A DNA stretch of 60,670 nucleotides, filler included, from Sphacelaria rigidula (Eukaryota): the NCBI GenBank assembly GCA_964200075.2. It is 4 parts of 4 records of this genome, joined end to end, with 100 filler letters (N's around TTAATTAATTAA, not from the genome) between each part and the next. Parts side by side here need not be neighbours in the genome. Positions count along the whole stretch, not along the records: positions 1 to 15,094 come from CAXNAA020001908.1; positions 15,195 to 30,287 come from CAXNAA020001909.1; 2 more parts are not named here. The stretch is one strand, 5' to 3'. Under the pieces are notes generated by a model. It was not told where the DNA came from and did no database searches. It saw nothing but the letters and a program-made list of their open reading frames with translations. Shown one piece after another: positions 12,221 to 24,965 of the stretch (the stretch's first letter is position 1; each line of letters starts with the position of its first letter). A program made the translations under genes and the position numbers.

Positions 12221-13735
12221 CAGGCTGGTTCACGGTGATCACCCAAAAAACACTCATCGGCAAAACCTCACGCCGTTTCAAGGAGTTAGACCCTGAAATT
12301 TTGCACGAATGTTCTATGGGTAATACGCAACTTTGGACGGTTTGACTTTTTAAATTTTTGAATTTTTTACTTTTTCCACCGTTTTTCGGGGGTCCCAGAT
12401 TTTTGGGGGAAACCTGGACCCAACCGGACCCCCGTAAAACGGTAACAAAAAAAAACCAACCGTCAAAAGTTGCGTAATTACCCATAGAACATTAGTGCAA
12501 AATTTCAGGGCCTAGTTCCTTAAAACGGCGTGAGGTTTTTTGCTTTTGTGCGATGAACTTTGCCCTACCGCGGTGAAACCGCAAACTACTTGATTTTAGT
12601 ACCAAAACGGCGTTTTTTGGCCTTGTTTGACGTGAATATGGAAATTCAAGCATCAGTCGATCGGTTTTGGCGACGAAAATTTGTGGAGCCCATCCTTGGG
12701 TTATGCGGAGGCAGATAGTTCGCGAAAAAATGGAAACAAATATCGTAGTGCCGTTTTTTTGGGGTCCCAAAATGGAGACTACTTCGAAAAACGACTTAGA
12801 TCCCGTTGGATCCCCGGAAAACGGTGAAAAACTCAAGAAGTAAAAAAACAGTCGTCCGTAGAAAGTTGCGTAATGATACGTAGCATATTTATGCGAAGTT
12901 TCAGGATCTCACTCTTGATGACAGCGTGAAACTTTGCGCGTTTGTGGAGGACGTGAGCTTGAAACGTGCAACTCCTAACTACTTGGTTCTAGTATAGAAA
13001 CGTCTTCTGGGGTGAATTTGACGTCAAGGCAAGAAAAACTGTACGAGGTTTTCGATTTTCTCCACCAAACTTTGTACATGTAATCTCTGGAATCTCCCGG
13101 GACGCATCATTTCATTATCTTTGTTTTGGGCATTCTGTACCGCCTTCCGGGGGTCTTCATGCTGGGACCTCCGGAAGCCGGTAGAGAACGGAGATAACAC
13201 CATATATTGTCAAGAACACAATTTTTGCATTTTGAGCATCAATACCTACGGAACTGCCGAGTTTGAGGGCGATCTGAGCTTTTCTACAACAGATATAAGG
13301 GACACCGTCACGAGGCTCCTTGGATCTTTCGTGCGTATCATTAGTGGAAATTAGACGACGCCAACACCCGACATCACCGAAACATCATGGTTTCGGGTAT
13401 CATTCGACTCTAGTAACCGTTTTAAAAATATGATTTTCTCGTTAGATTCCCGTGTCGATGACGCTTACTACGATTCGAAGCATGTAGAGATTGAGTGAAA
13501 ATTGGGCTTGATATTCGTAATTTAGATCTTGAAACAGTTTGAAGGGCGCTGATCGGCTGAGACACATTTTCGTCCATAGCGCCATCGCTACGGCCTTAAA
13601 TAAAAATCCGGCTATGTCACCCTCTTTGTCTCTTAATTGCGGTGAGTATGGTACCACATATGCGACTATTGGGTGCGTATTGCGGAAGGCATTTGCTGAT
13701 GACACAATTATGGGTGATCACCGTGAATCAGCCTG
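12221..13735. mobile_element. 1.5-kb non-autonomous TIR (DNA) transposon in transaldolase intron 2
   Basis: TIRs CAGGCTGGTTCACGGTGATCACCCA (12221) and TGGGTGATCACCGTGAATCAGCCTG (ending 13735). TA on the left, CA on the right. Internal ~80-bp inverted pair at 12262-12342 / 12458-12539; no coding capacity. Confidence 0.85.
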
Positions 13736-15094
13736 CAGTGCGGAATCATCGACACCTACCGATGAAGAACAGATGTAGTATCAGTGTCAGTGTGTATGGA
13801 GACGAATGGTCCGTCCAATACAGACGAAAGTGCCTCGGGCTTTCATGTTTAGAGCAAAATCTCTCGCATAGCCATTTTCCAATTGGGCCCAACTCTCACG
13901 GGGTCATCATTGAAAGCGGACGGGTCGGAGGAGTAAAGTGGAGGAAAAACATGATCATGTTTTTGAACAAGGGCAGTGAAGGTGAAAGTCTCACATTACC
14001 ACAATTCATACCGGTGCAGGATAGTGAATACGTGAAAAAGACACGAGCAAGGCCGGTCATGTAAAATGCGTTGGAAGATCACACTATTTTACAGCGATAT
14101 ATAGATATAGATATATAGATATATAAGGTTCCCCTCCGGGAGGTTGGTACGGGCCTCCTGGGAGTGACGCAAGTTGAAAATATGTGGTCGAGAGGGGCTG
14201 TTGTATCTCAATGTACAATAGTGATCGTGGCTGTACAAAGCATCGCATGTGTTATCGGATGTCGTTCGTAAATATGGGAATTCGGACGGAGCGCGGAACC
14301 GCCGGCGTAGGACATGTGTGGTATTCTCGAGGTGCCAGAGAAGTAGCTCTCGTGCCACAAAGACATGATAGCGGGAGACACCCCCCCGAAAAATTGGAAT
14401 GCGTGGAATATTCTTGGCATGTTCTTTGTACATCACTGTGGCTTCCACATCACCGGGCCCTTTTTTTCAAATAGGGTAATTGTTTTCCGCGGCAGACTAT
14501 TCCTGTGCTGCCGTGCTGCCGAACCTTGTTCAACTCGCCAACCGCCCATTGCACGGCCTTGTGTTTTGCTGCTGACTAAGGCCAATGCAATGTTCAATTG
14601 TTTTCAAGTGCTTTCCTCTCATAGTCTCGTGGCATTGACGGCATAGCCGGTGTGCTCGTGCTCCCAAATCAACGAGAACGGGACAGAGAGAAACACGGGG
14701 GAGAAGCACACCGCCAAAAATATTCCTGTTTGAAGTTTTTCATGATCTTCAGCAGACGTTTGTGGTTCGGGTCCCTGTTCCAAGTTTTTCATGATCTTGA
14801 AAAGGCTTTTTGGGGTCGGGATCGACGCCCCGCGGAGAAGGGCCAGTTTAAGCCACTTTCGGTAACCAGAACACGCGCCACAGGTACCATCAGATGACAC
14901 CCAAACCTGAACGGCAATGTACCGCCGAGCCTTCTTGGTGCGCTGCAAAAGAAAGCGGGGGAGACAAGTGCCTTGTCGCCAGAGAAAACTCGGTAAAAGT
15001 GGTAAAAAATGTGAAATGATACATGTGCATACTTCCTCTGTCCCATAAGTAAAGTCCGTTATGGGCTTTTAATCGTTTGTGCATTCAAACTCTT

Positions 15095-15194
15095 NNNNNN
15101 NNNNNNNNNNNNNNNNNNNNNNNNNNNNNNNNNNNNNNTTAATTAATTAANNNNNNNNNNNNNNNNNNNNNNNNNNNNNNNNNNNNNNNNNNNN
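15095..15194. other. Artificial linker N44-TTAATTAATTAA-N44
   Basis: Six-frame stop linker; identical copies at 15,193-bp spacing. Confidence 0.98.
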
Positions 15195-15278
15195 AGTCGA
15201 GGAAAGAATTTTGCACACGTCGCATGAGTCATTACTCGTCGAAACGAGTGCACTCGTGGATGCATTTCGAAAACACAA

Positions 15279-15560
15279 CGAGCATGACTCGTGTGCTCGA
15301 GTCATTTTTTTTTACATCGAGCAATGACTCGTGTGCTCGCCCCTTTTTTTTCCCACAACGAGCGATGACTCGAGTGCTCACCCTACTATTTTTTTTCCGC
15401 AACGAGCAATGACTCGAGTGCTCGCCCTATTAGTTTGTTTCCACATCCAGCAATGACTCGAGCGCTCGCCCTATAAATTGTTTTCCACATCGAGCAATGA
15501 CTCGAGTGCTCGTCCTAATAGTTTGTTTCCACAACGAGCCACGAAACACACTCGTGCTCG
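15279..15560. repeat. Tandem array, ~44-bp period, 6-7 units with a palindromic core
   Basis: CGAGCAATGACTCGAGTGCTCG core at 15279, 15318, 15359, 15403, 15447 and 15491 (degenerate at 15535), separated by related T-rich linkers. Confidence 0.9.
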
Positions 15561-17171
15561 TCCGACGTATGGAATTTTGTGTAGGCAGGAATGAAGTTCA
15601 AATAATCTAGAAAAGACCGTTGTCCTCAACACCGGAATAGAGATAAGGCCTATTTATCGATAGAGTTTTCCCCGTGTCCATTGCTGAAGCAATGGGCTAT
15701 TATTGTGTCCAGTGTCCAGAGAGTGCAAAAATGATTGTGTCGTGAGAACAGTGGAAGCTGTGTCACCTTGGCTCTTGCCGCATTTGCTCGTTACAGACAG
15801 CCCTGTTACCGTTGCAATTTTCGAGAGGAACTGTATGCAATTACACTTCAGTCGTTCCAGCGTCCACGCCGTTCGCCAGGGCGATGCTGTGTGGCCCATT
15901 GATTCATGTACGCATTAATTCATGTACGGCACGCGCGGACATCTGCCATCATGTCTCGTATTTTTTGAAGGGGTCCTAAAAACGATGAACAACGTTTTTA
16001 TTTGTCGCTGGGCGTAGCGTTGGTGCGTAGTAACAGTCCATGGGACGTGGATGAAGGCGATACGAGAAATAAATTATGGCCTCCTTCTCCCTGGAAAGAT
16101 GGCAAAGCCGCAGTTCGGCGTACGTTGAGGGGGAGGACACCCATCAACGCCGTCCACAATATCTACTGCAGTATTGATAGCCATAACGACCCATACATGC
16201 CGATAGGTAGCCATCCATAGAGTCTGCGAGTTGCAGTGCTTGTAGCTGTCGAAAGTACGAAGATTTCATGGGGAGCGTCTGACGAAAAAGAAAAAGAAAT
16301 ATTTTTCGGGCCGGAGAAAAATACGAATTGCGAGCAACTTGGCTCCACCATCCGGGCTAAATCAAATGGGGAAACGCCCCTGTCACGACTCCAATCGCCG
16401 CTTTTGCTTCTGTATGGGGTCTCGAACTATATGTTTGGCATTTGACCGATGGCGGGTGCCCCGAGGACAGTTTTCCCCCTCGATACGGTTCGCATTTCTT
16501 CGGGTTGGTTGTCCGGAGGGCGTTCGGGTCTCGATCAAACAGCAAAATCAAAGCCGCATCTAATGATCAACACCTACATCCGTGTTGAATATGACACTCG
16601 GGACCGCACATCCAACTCCGTGTTCCAGCAATGACAGTGTGTGATGGCCTGGTTCCGGCGGCTAAGATGAGGACGACAGTTCACAGCTCGTTTGGCCCAA
16701 CGTCAGCGAATATAATCGCCCACATAAAATATATAATCGCCCACATGTCCATTGATCAACTTTCGAGTCCCTCGTAAAGCTTGGTGTCCAAAACTCCGCT
16801 TCTGTTGAAGAGTCTGTATGACAGCGGATTCTACTCTCTACACCACGATACTCTTTAAATTTGTGTGGAACCCACTTGCACCCCTCATTCCACCACGTGC
16901 AGTGCTACTAATGTCAACAGCCACGCTACTACCCTATTCATACTCGCCAAAACACCTACGAACTTACTATGAGAGCGAAGCCATTACTCGGTGGTCTACG
17001 TGAAACGCCAAGCCACGTTGACTACGACAGCTACGTTGTTTTGGGCGATTCCTTCTTGTCATAAATATTTCAGCTATTGATTGGATTATGTGGTCTTGTT
17101 TGGTGTGGGACGGCACCGCGGCTGGGTGGGCATGTTACCCAATCAACCCAATACTCCACACGCCGGACAAC

Positions 17172-17465
17172 GCAACTCGGGTTACTACGAGTTAACTCTT
17201 TTAGGCATAACTCACCAGTGAGTTATAGCATCACTCAGTTATGCGCACTCTGGCCGGGTGAGTTATAAACTATGACTCAGTTATGCATATCTCGAACAGG
17301 TGAGTTATAATCTATAACTCAGTTGTGCGCATTCCGGCCGGGTGAGTTATAGATTATAAGTCAGTTATGCACATTCTGGCTAGGTGGGTGAATTAAGATG
17401 AATCAGTGGTGCACATTCTGGCCAGGTGAGGTATAGAGAATAATTGAGTTAACTCATGAGTTGTC
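17172..17465. repeat. Five ~42-bp tandem units bracketed by inverted ends (MITE-like)
   Basis: Units ACTCAGTTATGC.CA.TCTGGCC.GGTGAGTTATA... from ~17233; GAGTTAACTC palindromes at 17189 and 17446. Confidence 0.8.
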
Positions 17466-18279
17466 AGACGTGTGCAACACTCACAGTGCGACTAACACAC
17501 TTGTGATACCGACCGCCGTTTTCGGTAGGAAAAACTGTTTCTCGGAAGGAAGCACAACAAGCTTGAGGTGCGCTCGCCCTATTGCAACGGGGCGACGGTG
17601 CAAAACCCAATGAGAAAACACCAACATATTTGGTGCTTGGCCGCAACCCGTGAACGCCTTGCATTGAAATTGTGCACACCCTGGACAATACAAAATGTAA
17701 TATATATATTACCTACTGAAAATGTCGGCGCGTGGACTAGTCAACATTGATTGGGCAAGCAATAAGATGACACGAGAGACAGGTCAACCTATAAAAAGTC
17801 ATCAATATGTCAAGATATGGAAGATGTATTGACCACACAATATATATTACGACACGCGTAGCCTCAAGATATATTGGCCGAGTATCATGTTGATGTGGTG
17901 AGGTGCCCATACATGTCGAGTAATACATTAGTTGCCACACGAGGACATATATATATATATATACTGACGATTTCATATGCTCAACACCCGAAGCGCCAAT
18001 ACATATCGCCGCCCCAATATGTCGTACGTCAACGTTTCAAACGTACGATCTGGGTCAGTATAGAAACGGTTTGAGCTCTCAAAGCAATATCTCATCGATG
18101 CCGACGAACCGTTTGGCCGTGATGCGCATCATCAAATACATCGTCGAATTTTTATGAAATATACTACTGGCCTTAATGTCTCCCCGCTTAGTACTGGAAT
18201 CAAGTAATTCGTGTCGTTTTGGAGTCCATCATTTGTCAAAATTATCGAATGATCCTCCTCGGAACAGCATATTTTCACC

Positions 18280-18640
18280 AGATGCTCGGACTGAAGAGGA
18301 GAAAACTGACACTCTTCTGTATCGTCCCACAGAGGCGAGGCGAGAGAAGATCCGCGATGAGCGATGGAAGTTTTATGTGAGCTCACAGAATCTGAAGAGC
18401 CCGTAGGCTCGACACTACGAGTACTGGTTCGACGCACTACACCCATGCACAGCAATTCAGTGTTTTTCGTCAGCATCACATAGCACTGTACTGTCACCTA
18501 ACCTGGACACCCATCGCCCAACAACGGGGGGTCCGACGCACGTGTGCTGCTGGAACGCAGTAGAACGCACTGCGATGTGCGCTGGTGGAAAAAGTGTAGT
18601 GCGCTGCTGTCGAACGCTTTGTCATCTTACTGCCGGGTGG
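18280..18640. repeat. Old dispersed repeat, paralogous to 24595-24965
   Basis: Shared blocks GGACTGA.GAGGA.AAA.C.G..ACTCTTCT.TATCGTC, CACCCATGCACAGCA.TTCAGT, TGCGATGTGCGCTGGT and GTAGTGCGCTGCTGTCGAACGCT. Confidence 0.8.
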
Positions 18641-18834
18641 TTGTTCCCGCCTTAGGTTTGAAAGTGATTTGTATTTTGTGTGCTGAGCTCTGGACCTTCC
18701 CTGGAAAGGATGTCGCTTTCCTCTCCAGATTCGAAGCACATTGTACATCCCCAGGGACTGTGTTGGATTTCGAAGACTATTCGGGCTGCATTATTCTTCA
18801 CACCGCTGATGTACCTCTATCTTCGTGCTTCTAA

Positions 18835-18938
18835 CCCGTTGACCGCGAGGGTGTGTGATCTGGTTCTCATGTTCACTGCTCAAGTGAGGATGGTTCCGAC
18901 CCTGCAGATGACATATGACACACTTGGCGCTCAAAGGG
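18835..18938. mobile_element. ~100-bp piggyBac-like MITE
   Basis: CCCGTTGACCGCGAG...GCGCTCAAAGGG, flanked by CTAA/TTGA (decayed TTAA). Confidence 0.65.
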
Positions 18939-20711
18939 TTGAACAATGTACACTATGCATCTACGCATCAAAAATCGGTTTTTGGAATCCACACTAAGCC
19001 CAAGTCGGGCCAACAAACCCCCACCAAGTGGTGATATTCACTGCAGCAAACACCCATTTTCCGTATATGTTGTGCTGCGGATGCACTCTCACAAGAAGGA
19101 CACAAATTACGAAGATACATGTTTGTGTACCCAGCTGTGCAGTGAACCCAAGGTGAACGGCGTGGCGTTCGCTCGAGCTGACAACATATCACGGAGACTG
19201 TATTGTGAGCTTCTGTTAGGTGCAGCTGTTCGTGATCACGACGATAGTACTGGGAGTGAGTTCAACCTCTGTAATCTACACGAGAACGGTGTTGTAACTT
19301 GCAACTTATAATTCAAAATCTATTCAACGAAGATTCAGTTTTTGGCGATCGGCTCTTGCACTATAGTCAAAGGTAGTTCGTATCTGCGGTCGCTCTTGTG
19401 GCTCGCGGCATCACCTCTCACGAAGCCGGTTGGCGTGTCCTACTTGCCTCTCTGAAAAATTAGAACATGACATGGTTTGTAAAAAAGACCAGCTGTATGT
19501 GCTCACAACAGGAACCATGAAAGAGCACCAGCCTCAGCAGTTCTTCATTACTCAGCTGCAATCGCAGTGCTGCGAGGTTCCGAGAACCGTGAGGGTTTCA
19601 ACAGGTCAGAATCGTGGGGTTCGTCCATAGGTGTAAGTCGGATCAACTTTTGTGCAGGTTTTCATCCATCATAAATGCTACACTCGGAATAATTGTAGCT
19701 CTGAAGAGAAGACGCTGGCATTTGCTCTACCAAGCCGCACAGAAGACAAGGTAGAGAGCGTAGCGTGTACCAGAAAAGACATCATCATTGCGACTGTAAT
19801 ATGCGGCCCTGTTTGTTGCAATTCTACTGTGGATGGCTCTGCGTGTTTGCTCGCGTTCGTTTGTGAACGTATAACGTCGTGTCACACTCACGCCTCTTGA
19901 TATCTCCAGACTCGTCTGCGATTTCATTAATTTAGCCGTGCTGTAGCGACTGTACTACTACTGTTGTACTGGCCACGGTTCCACCCGAAGTCCAGCCATC
20001 CCCGGTACCTTTGTGGCACACAACGGCAAGAATCAACGGTACTACAGAAGTGGGGGGTCTAACTATTCATTTTGTGGCGTTTTGTGATTTTCTCGTAATT
20101 GGCGATTTTCTTGGGCTCTTTTCGCTCGCCACCGCTCATCACATTGAAGATCTGGAAATATTTGTATCCCCTCCACATTCCAAGACAAAAAAATCATTTT
20201 CACTCAATATTGAGTGACTTACGAGCTGACCGGTCATCGGGGGTGCTGCCACGTGTCAGCCCAGATTCTCATTCTTCGGTATTTTATGTCGATCGAGCAT
20301 GTCCCGATCATATTTGTGAAGAAATGTACAGTTTAAAGTTTTTGAAATTCCACCTACTCATTGCACTAGAGCCGAAAAACTGTGTTTCACGGTCAACAAC
20401 ATCCTACTGATGAACGGGGTATGTACTCGTATCGCCCGATAACACGAACTGACGCTGACTTGGGCACCATGTTTCGAGAATGACCTGTTTATCGTACCAA
20501 AATCTATCGACGCTAGCAATTTAGAGGTCTATCGAAGAGTAGTACTCAAGAAAAGTCCCAAAACATCCCTGAATAGTTAGATCGCCCACTACTCTACGGT
20601 AAACAAGCACAGGCTGCACTTCGCACACACAGTACGGGTTATGCAGCCATTTGAAGGCGGGTCGGGAGGCAGCCTCTCATGTCGCGGCGATGTTTTCGGC
20701 TCTGCCCGTGC

Positions 20712-21190
20712 TTCTACACCGTTATGACTGCAGGATTCAAGGACATTTTGTTCATCGTACATGCAGATGCATAGGGCATGCCATACAAGTTGAACGGATA
20801 GGCCCCAGCCAAATGCGGTAGCTGGCACACACAGTACAGCACAGTGCAGCTGGTAACGATGCAGACTTCATGGTTGCTTCGAACGCTGGTCAGTGCAACA
20901 GTGCTGTGCAGTACAGTACAGTACAGGAGTGGTGCATTTCGCGGCGGTGCTGTCGGCGCTGTCTGCTTCACACCGTCGTGACTGTAGGGTTCGACGATAA
21001 TGCGTAAATGGTACATGCAGATGCATAGAGCACGGCACGCATACTGAAGGGTCGAGCCCCACAAACATTCGCGGTAGCCGGTACAGTACAACTGTACAGC
21101 AGTGCAGCGGTCCACAACGGAGATGATGAAGGTTGGACGCCTCGAACGGTGGTCAGAGCAACAGTACAGTGCAGTACATAGTACACAACA
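20712..21190. repeat. Diverged tandem duplication, ~255-bp period
   Basis: ACACCGT..TGACTG.AGG.TTC...GTACATGCAGATGCATAG.GCA...GCGGTAGC.GG...TCGAACG.TGGTCAG.GCAACAGT at 20712 and 20967. Confidence 0.85.
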
Positions 21191-21498
21191 GCGCATGCAG
21201 AGTAAAGTAGTATTTAAAAAGTGCACCACAACTAACGGGCAGAAGAGCATAATACGGACACCTAGATGTTGTCTGTTCGGGTGCGCGCCACGCTCTCTCT
21301 ACCTCGGGTTCCGCGTCCGGCTGGGTCAAGCACCGGCGCTTTTTTAACCATGGTTCTTGTTTTATCGGAGGCATTTTTCTCGGTCGAAAAAAGAAACGGG
21401 GGAATTGATTTGGGAGAAATTCGCGCATATTTCTAAAATTGTTGGGTCTAGGTAAATTTCGAGATTTTTTTATGGGAAAAATCAAGTGAATTTCTTAA

Positions 21499-21602
21499 CC
21501 TGTCTTAAGTTGCGATGCGGGTAGTCCATCCGGATCACGCATACTTCCTCGAAGTGAAATCGATGTCGATTCAGCAGGTGCCCTACCCACGCGGTCAAAG
21601 GG
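21499..21602. mobile_element. ~100-bp piggyBac-like MITE
   Basis: Internal sequence TGCGGGTAGTCCATC.GGATCACGCA shared with 35526-35627; TTAA on the left, ends CGCGGTCAAAGGG. Confidence 0.7.
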
Positions 21603-24594
21603 TGAAAGCGATATTCATTTGCACTATAATGCAGGGTGTCTGGATCAGCGATGGAACTGCGTGGTGGAGTGGGCAACCGAGTGGCGTACACACTCATAGT
21701 GGACAGTTCAGGCAGTACAACGCTCCACGCTGTTGGATCCCTTTCCACGTCACGTTGTAAGCAGAGAGAGCTGATAGTCCTGGGCTGTCTATACTCCACG
21801 TTGCCCACTTCTCCTTCAAATCATGTTGTACGAAAAATGCACACACGCACTCAAGACACACTGCTTGCAAGCAGTGCAGACAGCAAACTCTGTCTGTACT
21901 GTACGTGAGTGACCACGTACCGCTGCACCGATTTCACAGGGTTTTTTTTTCGATCGAAAGCTTGAAAACTCGCTTGGATCCAACTCGACAAAAATGAGTA
22001 AATTTTCTTGATACCAAGTCCACAGCCGCACCCTTTCGATCAAAATAAAAAGTGCGAAGACACGCCCTGAGATATGAACGAGTCCCTAGAGGAGCTGAGT
22101 GGCCATTCTGACCAATCAAAATGTCCACTTGGTTCCCCTACAGGTTGACTACCTCGCTGTCTAGCTGTTTTCCTCATCATGGTCCTGATAATTCAAAGAT
22201 AAGTGACATGGACGCCAATAACGTGCTCTTTACTCTGCATGCGGTCTGTGCCGCCTGTTCGACGCCTCATGTATTTCCAGCACGACTTCGTGCTGCTTGT
22301 AGTGTCGTTGTGGAACACGAAGTAGAGACATCAGCAGCATGCAGCAGACTGTGTCCAGTGGAGAACGATTGCACGCTTACTATTTCTTGCCGCTGCATTC
22401 AGCGAGGACATACAGCACACACACTGACTCTGCATGCAAGTGACTCTAAGGTCAAAACCGGTCAGGGGTTTTTCCTTACTCTTTTCCTTGCAGCTGCCGA
22501 ACATCCGCATGCTGATAGAAGAGGAGTTTTGTATATAGCGAGAAAACACCTGTTATGATCCCCAAAGGTGGCATTGTCCAGCTGATTCCATCTGAATTGG
22601 GTTCGCAGTCTGAGAGATAACGCACGATTTCTCCATTTCAAGGATGTAATCTAAAATCAAGTGTATCCAAGGAAAGAAAGAAAAGCGGTCGATGGTGGGT
22701 AAAAGTGTCGTCGAACAGGTCGAATATTTTTCATAGTCCAACACCCCCCCCCGTTAGCACCCCTAGCGGCCAGGCTCACTTTATTCTTTCGTAGCGGTGA
22801 CGGTTAGCCGTGGGGTTGGAGGTCCATCTCTGCTTATAATCATGAATGTTGTTGGATGCCAGGGCCATTCTGTGCCTTATTTGTTTATATTGATGGATTT
22901 TAGTGAATGTCATCGCAATTTTTGGTTTGTCGCCCTTTTATTGACCTCCACGCATGCAAGGCCGGTGGCTTTGATACCTGTTGGAAAATCGATCAAGAAA
23001 CAGAAACAAGAAGCGAAAAGTCTGGTGGGCTTTGCGACGTTGGTATATTTGCTTGCGTTCCTTGCCCGCTCCGTTACGATGACCCGGGATGCCGGCCACG
23101 CTCGAACACATGCACACGAGCGCACGGTAGCGACAGCCAGTACCGAAAGTAGCAACAATATCTCACGCCTGGCCAAACTTGCCCGGGCTGCTGGTGGGTA
23201 CTCGACGCACTCGAGACGGAACCGGTGCCCTGCGAGCAGTATTTCAAGACACCCCTTACCCTTGAATTCAAAATGAGCAGTGCCATCGGCAAGACATAAA
23301 CGGTTGTATTTCCACCTTGAGCAATGTTTTCGTGAGATTGAAATTCATTGGAGGATACAACTTAGAGTGAGAAGCGGTCGATTGATGAATGAATAGTTTC
23401 AATTCCAAAATGCCCCTCTACGAGGCCGAATACGCCTTCTGTAGTAGCTTGCCACTGAAGCCCTTGATATCCCTGAGTAAGATATGGATGTGCAGCTGTA
23501 AGCGCACGCCAGCGCTAGAGGCAAAGAAAAGCACACACTGAATGACAAAATGGTCGAGTTTTAGAGCGAATGATGAAACCCACTCTCAAACAACGCTCTA
23601 CTCTCAATCTCATGGAACATTGTTCCTGACTGTTGTCAAGTGAGGCAGAACACTCCCATGCGGAATCACCGGTGGCGTGTCCAGCACCTGCACCACGACT
23701 GACCGCGCCACTCATGGTATGGAGTTGCGTGTAACCCTGAGCGTACTCCTTTACTGTTGCGCTGTGTGGTGTGCGGTCTATTGTGTACTGCTACTGCCAG
23801 GTGTGGGCAACACTGCATGGATCTGCTGTATCCGTGTATCGTCGACTTGAGTAGGTCCATCATGTGCTCCCCCACGCCGCAGTCAAAAAGATGGCGTTAC
23901 ACGAAGGAAACGCCTCTTTTATTTTCGCGAATACAACTTTATCAACCCCTCTTTGGTATTGGCGTACAACCCTAATCTGGACTCGATCAGACAGAAAATT
24001 GGTTTTTGTTGGGGCAATCAACTTTCGAAAGTGATGTTTATCTATCGGCGTGTCTTGGTGAACGTGCGGTGGGAGAAAAAAAACGACCTGATGAATTATC
24101 ACCTCAACTCAAGTGGTGTAAGGTACGCCCTTGAGGGATATTGCTGTACCTCCAGTGGGGCGCTAGATGAGAGACGGGGCGCCATTCTTCTCGGTTTGGT
24201 CCTTGCTTCTTCGGGATATGCTCTCCACGAATGTAGCGCCGTCGGGTTGACGCAAACACGGTCAGGTCTTTATTCTTCTTTCTTCGTAGTGGTTGCGGTT
24301 AGCTGTGGGGTTAAAATTCCATATTTGTCTCTACCGATGAATTATGGTGAACGTCAGGGCCATTTTTTGTTTTTCGTCATATTATTCAAAACCTCCATGC
24401 GTGCGAGTCCTGCACCGTTGATACCTGCAGCACTGCTGCCACGCGCGTCAGCCGTGGCTCACCACTAGTCCAATGTATTGTCAGCGTAGATGTCTCTCGG
24501 CTCGATACCCAAGTTAGTACATTTGCGTCCGCTTTTTCCACACTTTATTCAAATCATGAATGATCATTTTCGGAACAACACATTACACTAGACA

Positions 24595-24965
24595 CTCGGG
24601 ACTGAGGAGGAAAAAGCCGTTACTCTTCTCTATCGTCTCGCCGAAGCAATCCGGAAGATGATCCGTGACGAACGGTCAAGTTGTATGTTTACCCACAGAA
24701 TCTAAGAGCCTCGTAGCCTCGACACTACCGATACGACGCACCGCACCCATGCACAGCAGTTCAGTTTTTGTTTAGCGACACCAACCACCGCAATCTAACC
24801 ACGCCGTGAGGGTGGGGGGGGGTGGGGGGTCCGATATGCGTGCGCTGGCAGAGCTCACTACAACGCCGTGCGATGTGCGCTGGTACAAAAAAACCCATGT
24901 CCTCAACAATGTGACGAAAAAGCGTAGTGCGCTGCTGTCGAACGCTCTGTAGTCTTGCTATCTGG
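24595..24965. repeat. Old dispersed repeat, paralogous to 18280-18640
   Basis: See 18280-18640. Confidence 0.8.

Noticed and set aside
15279-15560. CRISPR array
   Set aside because: Spacers are short, T-rich and homologous to each other; no cas genes; eukaryotic context.
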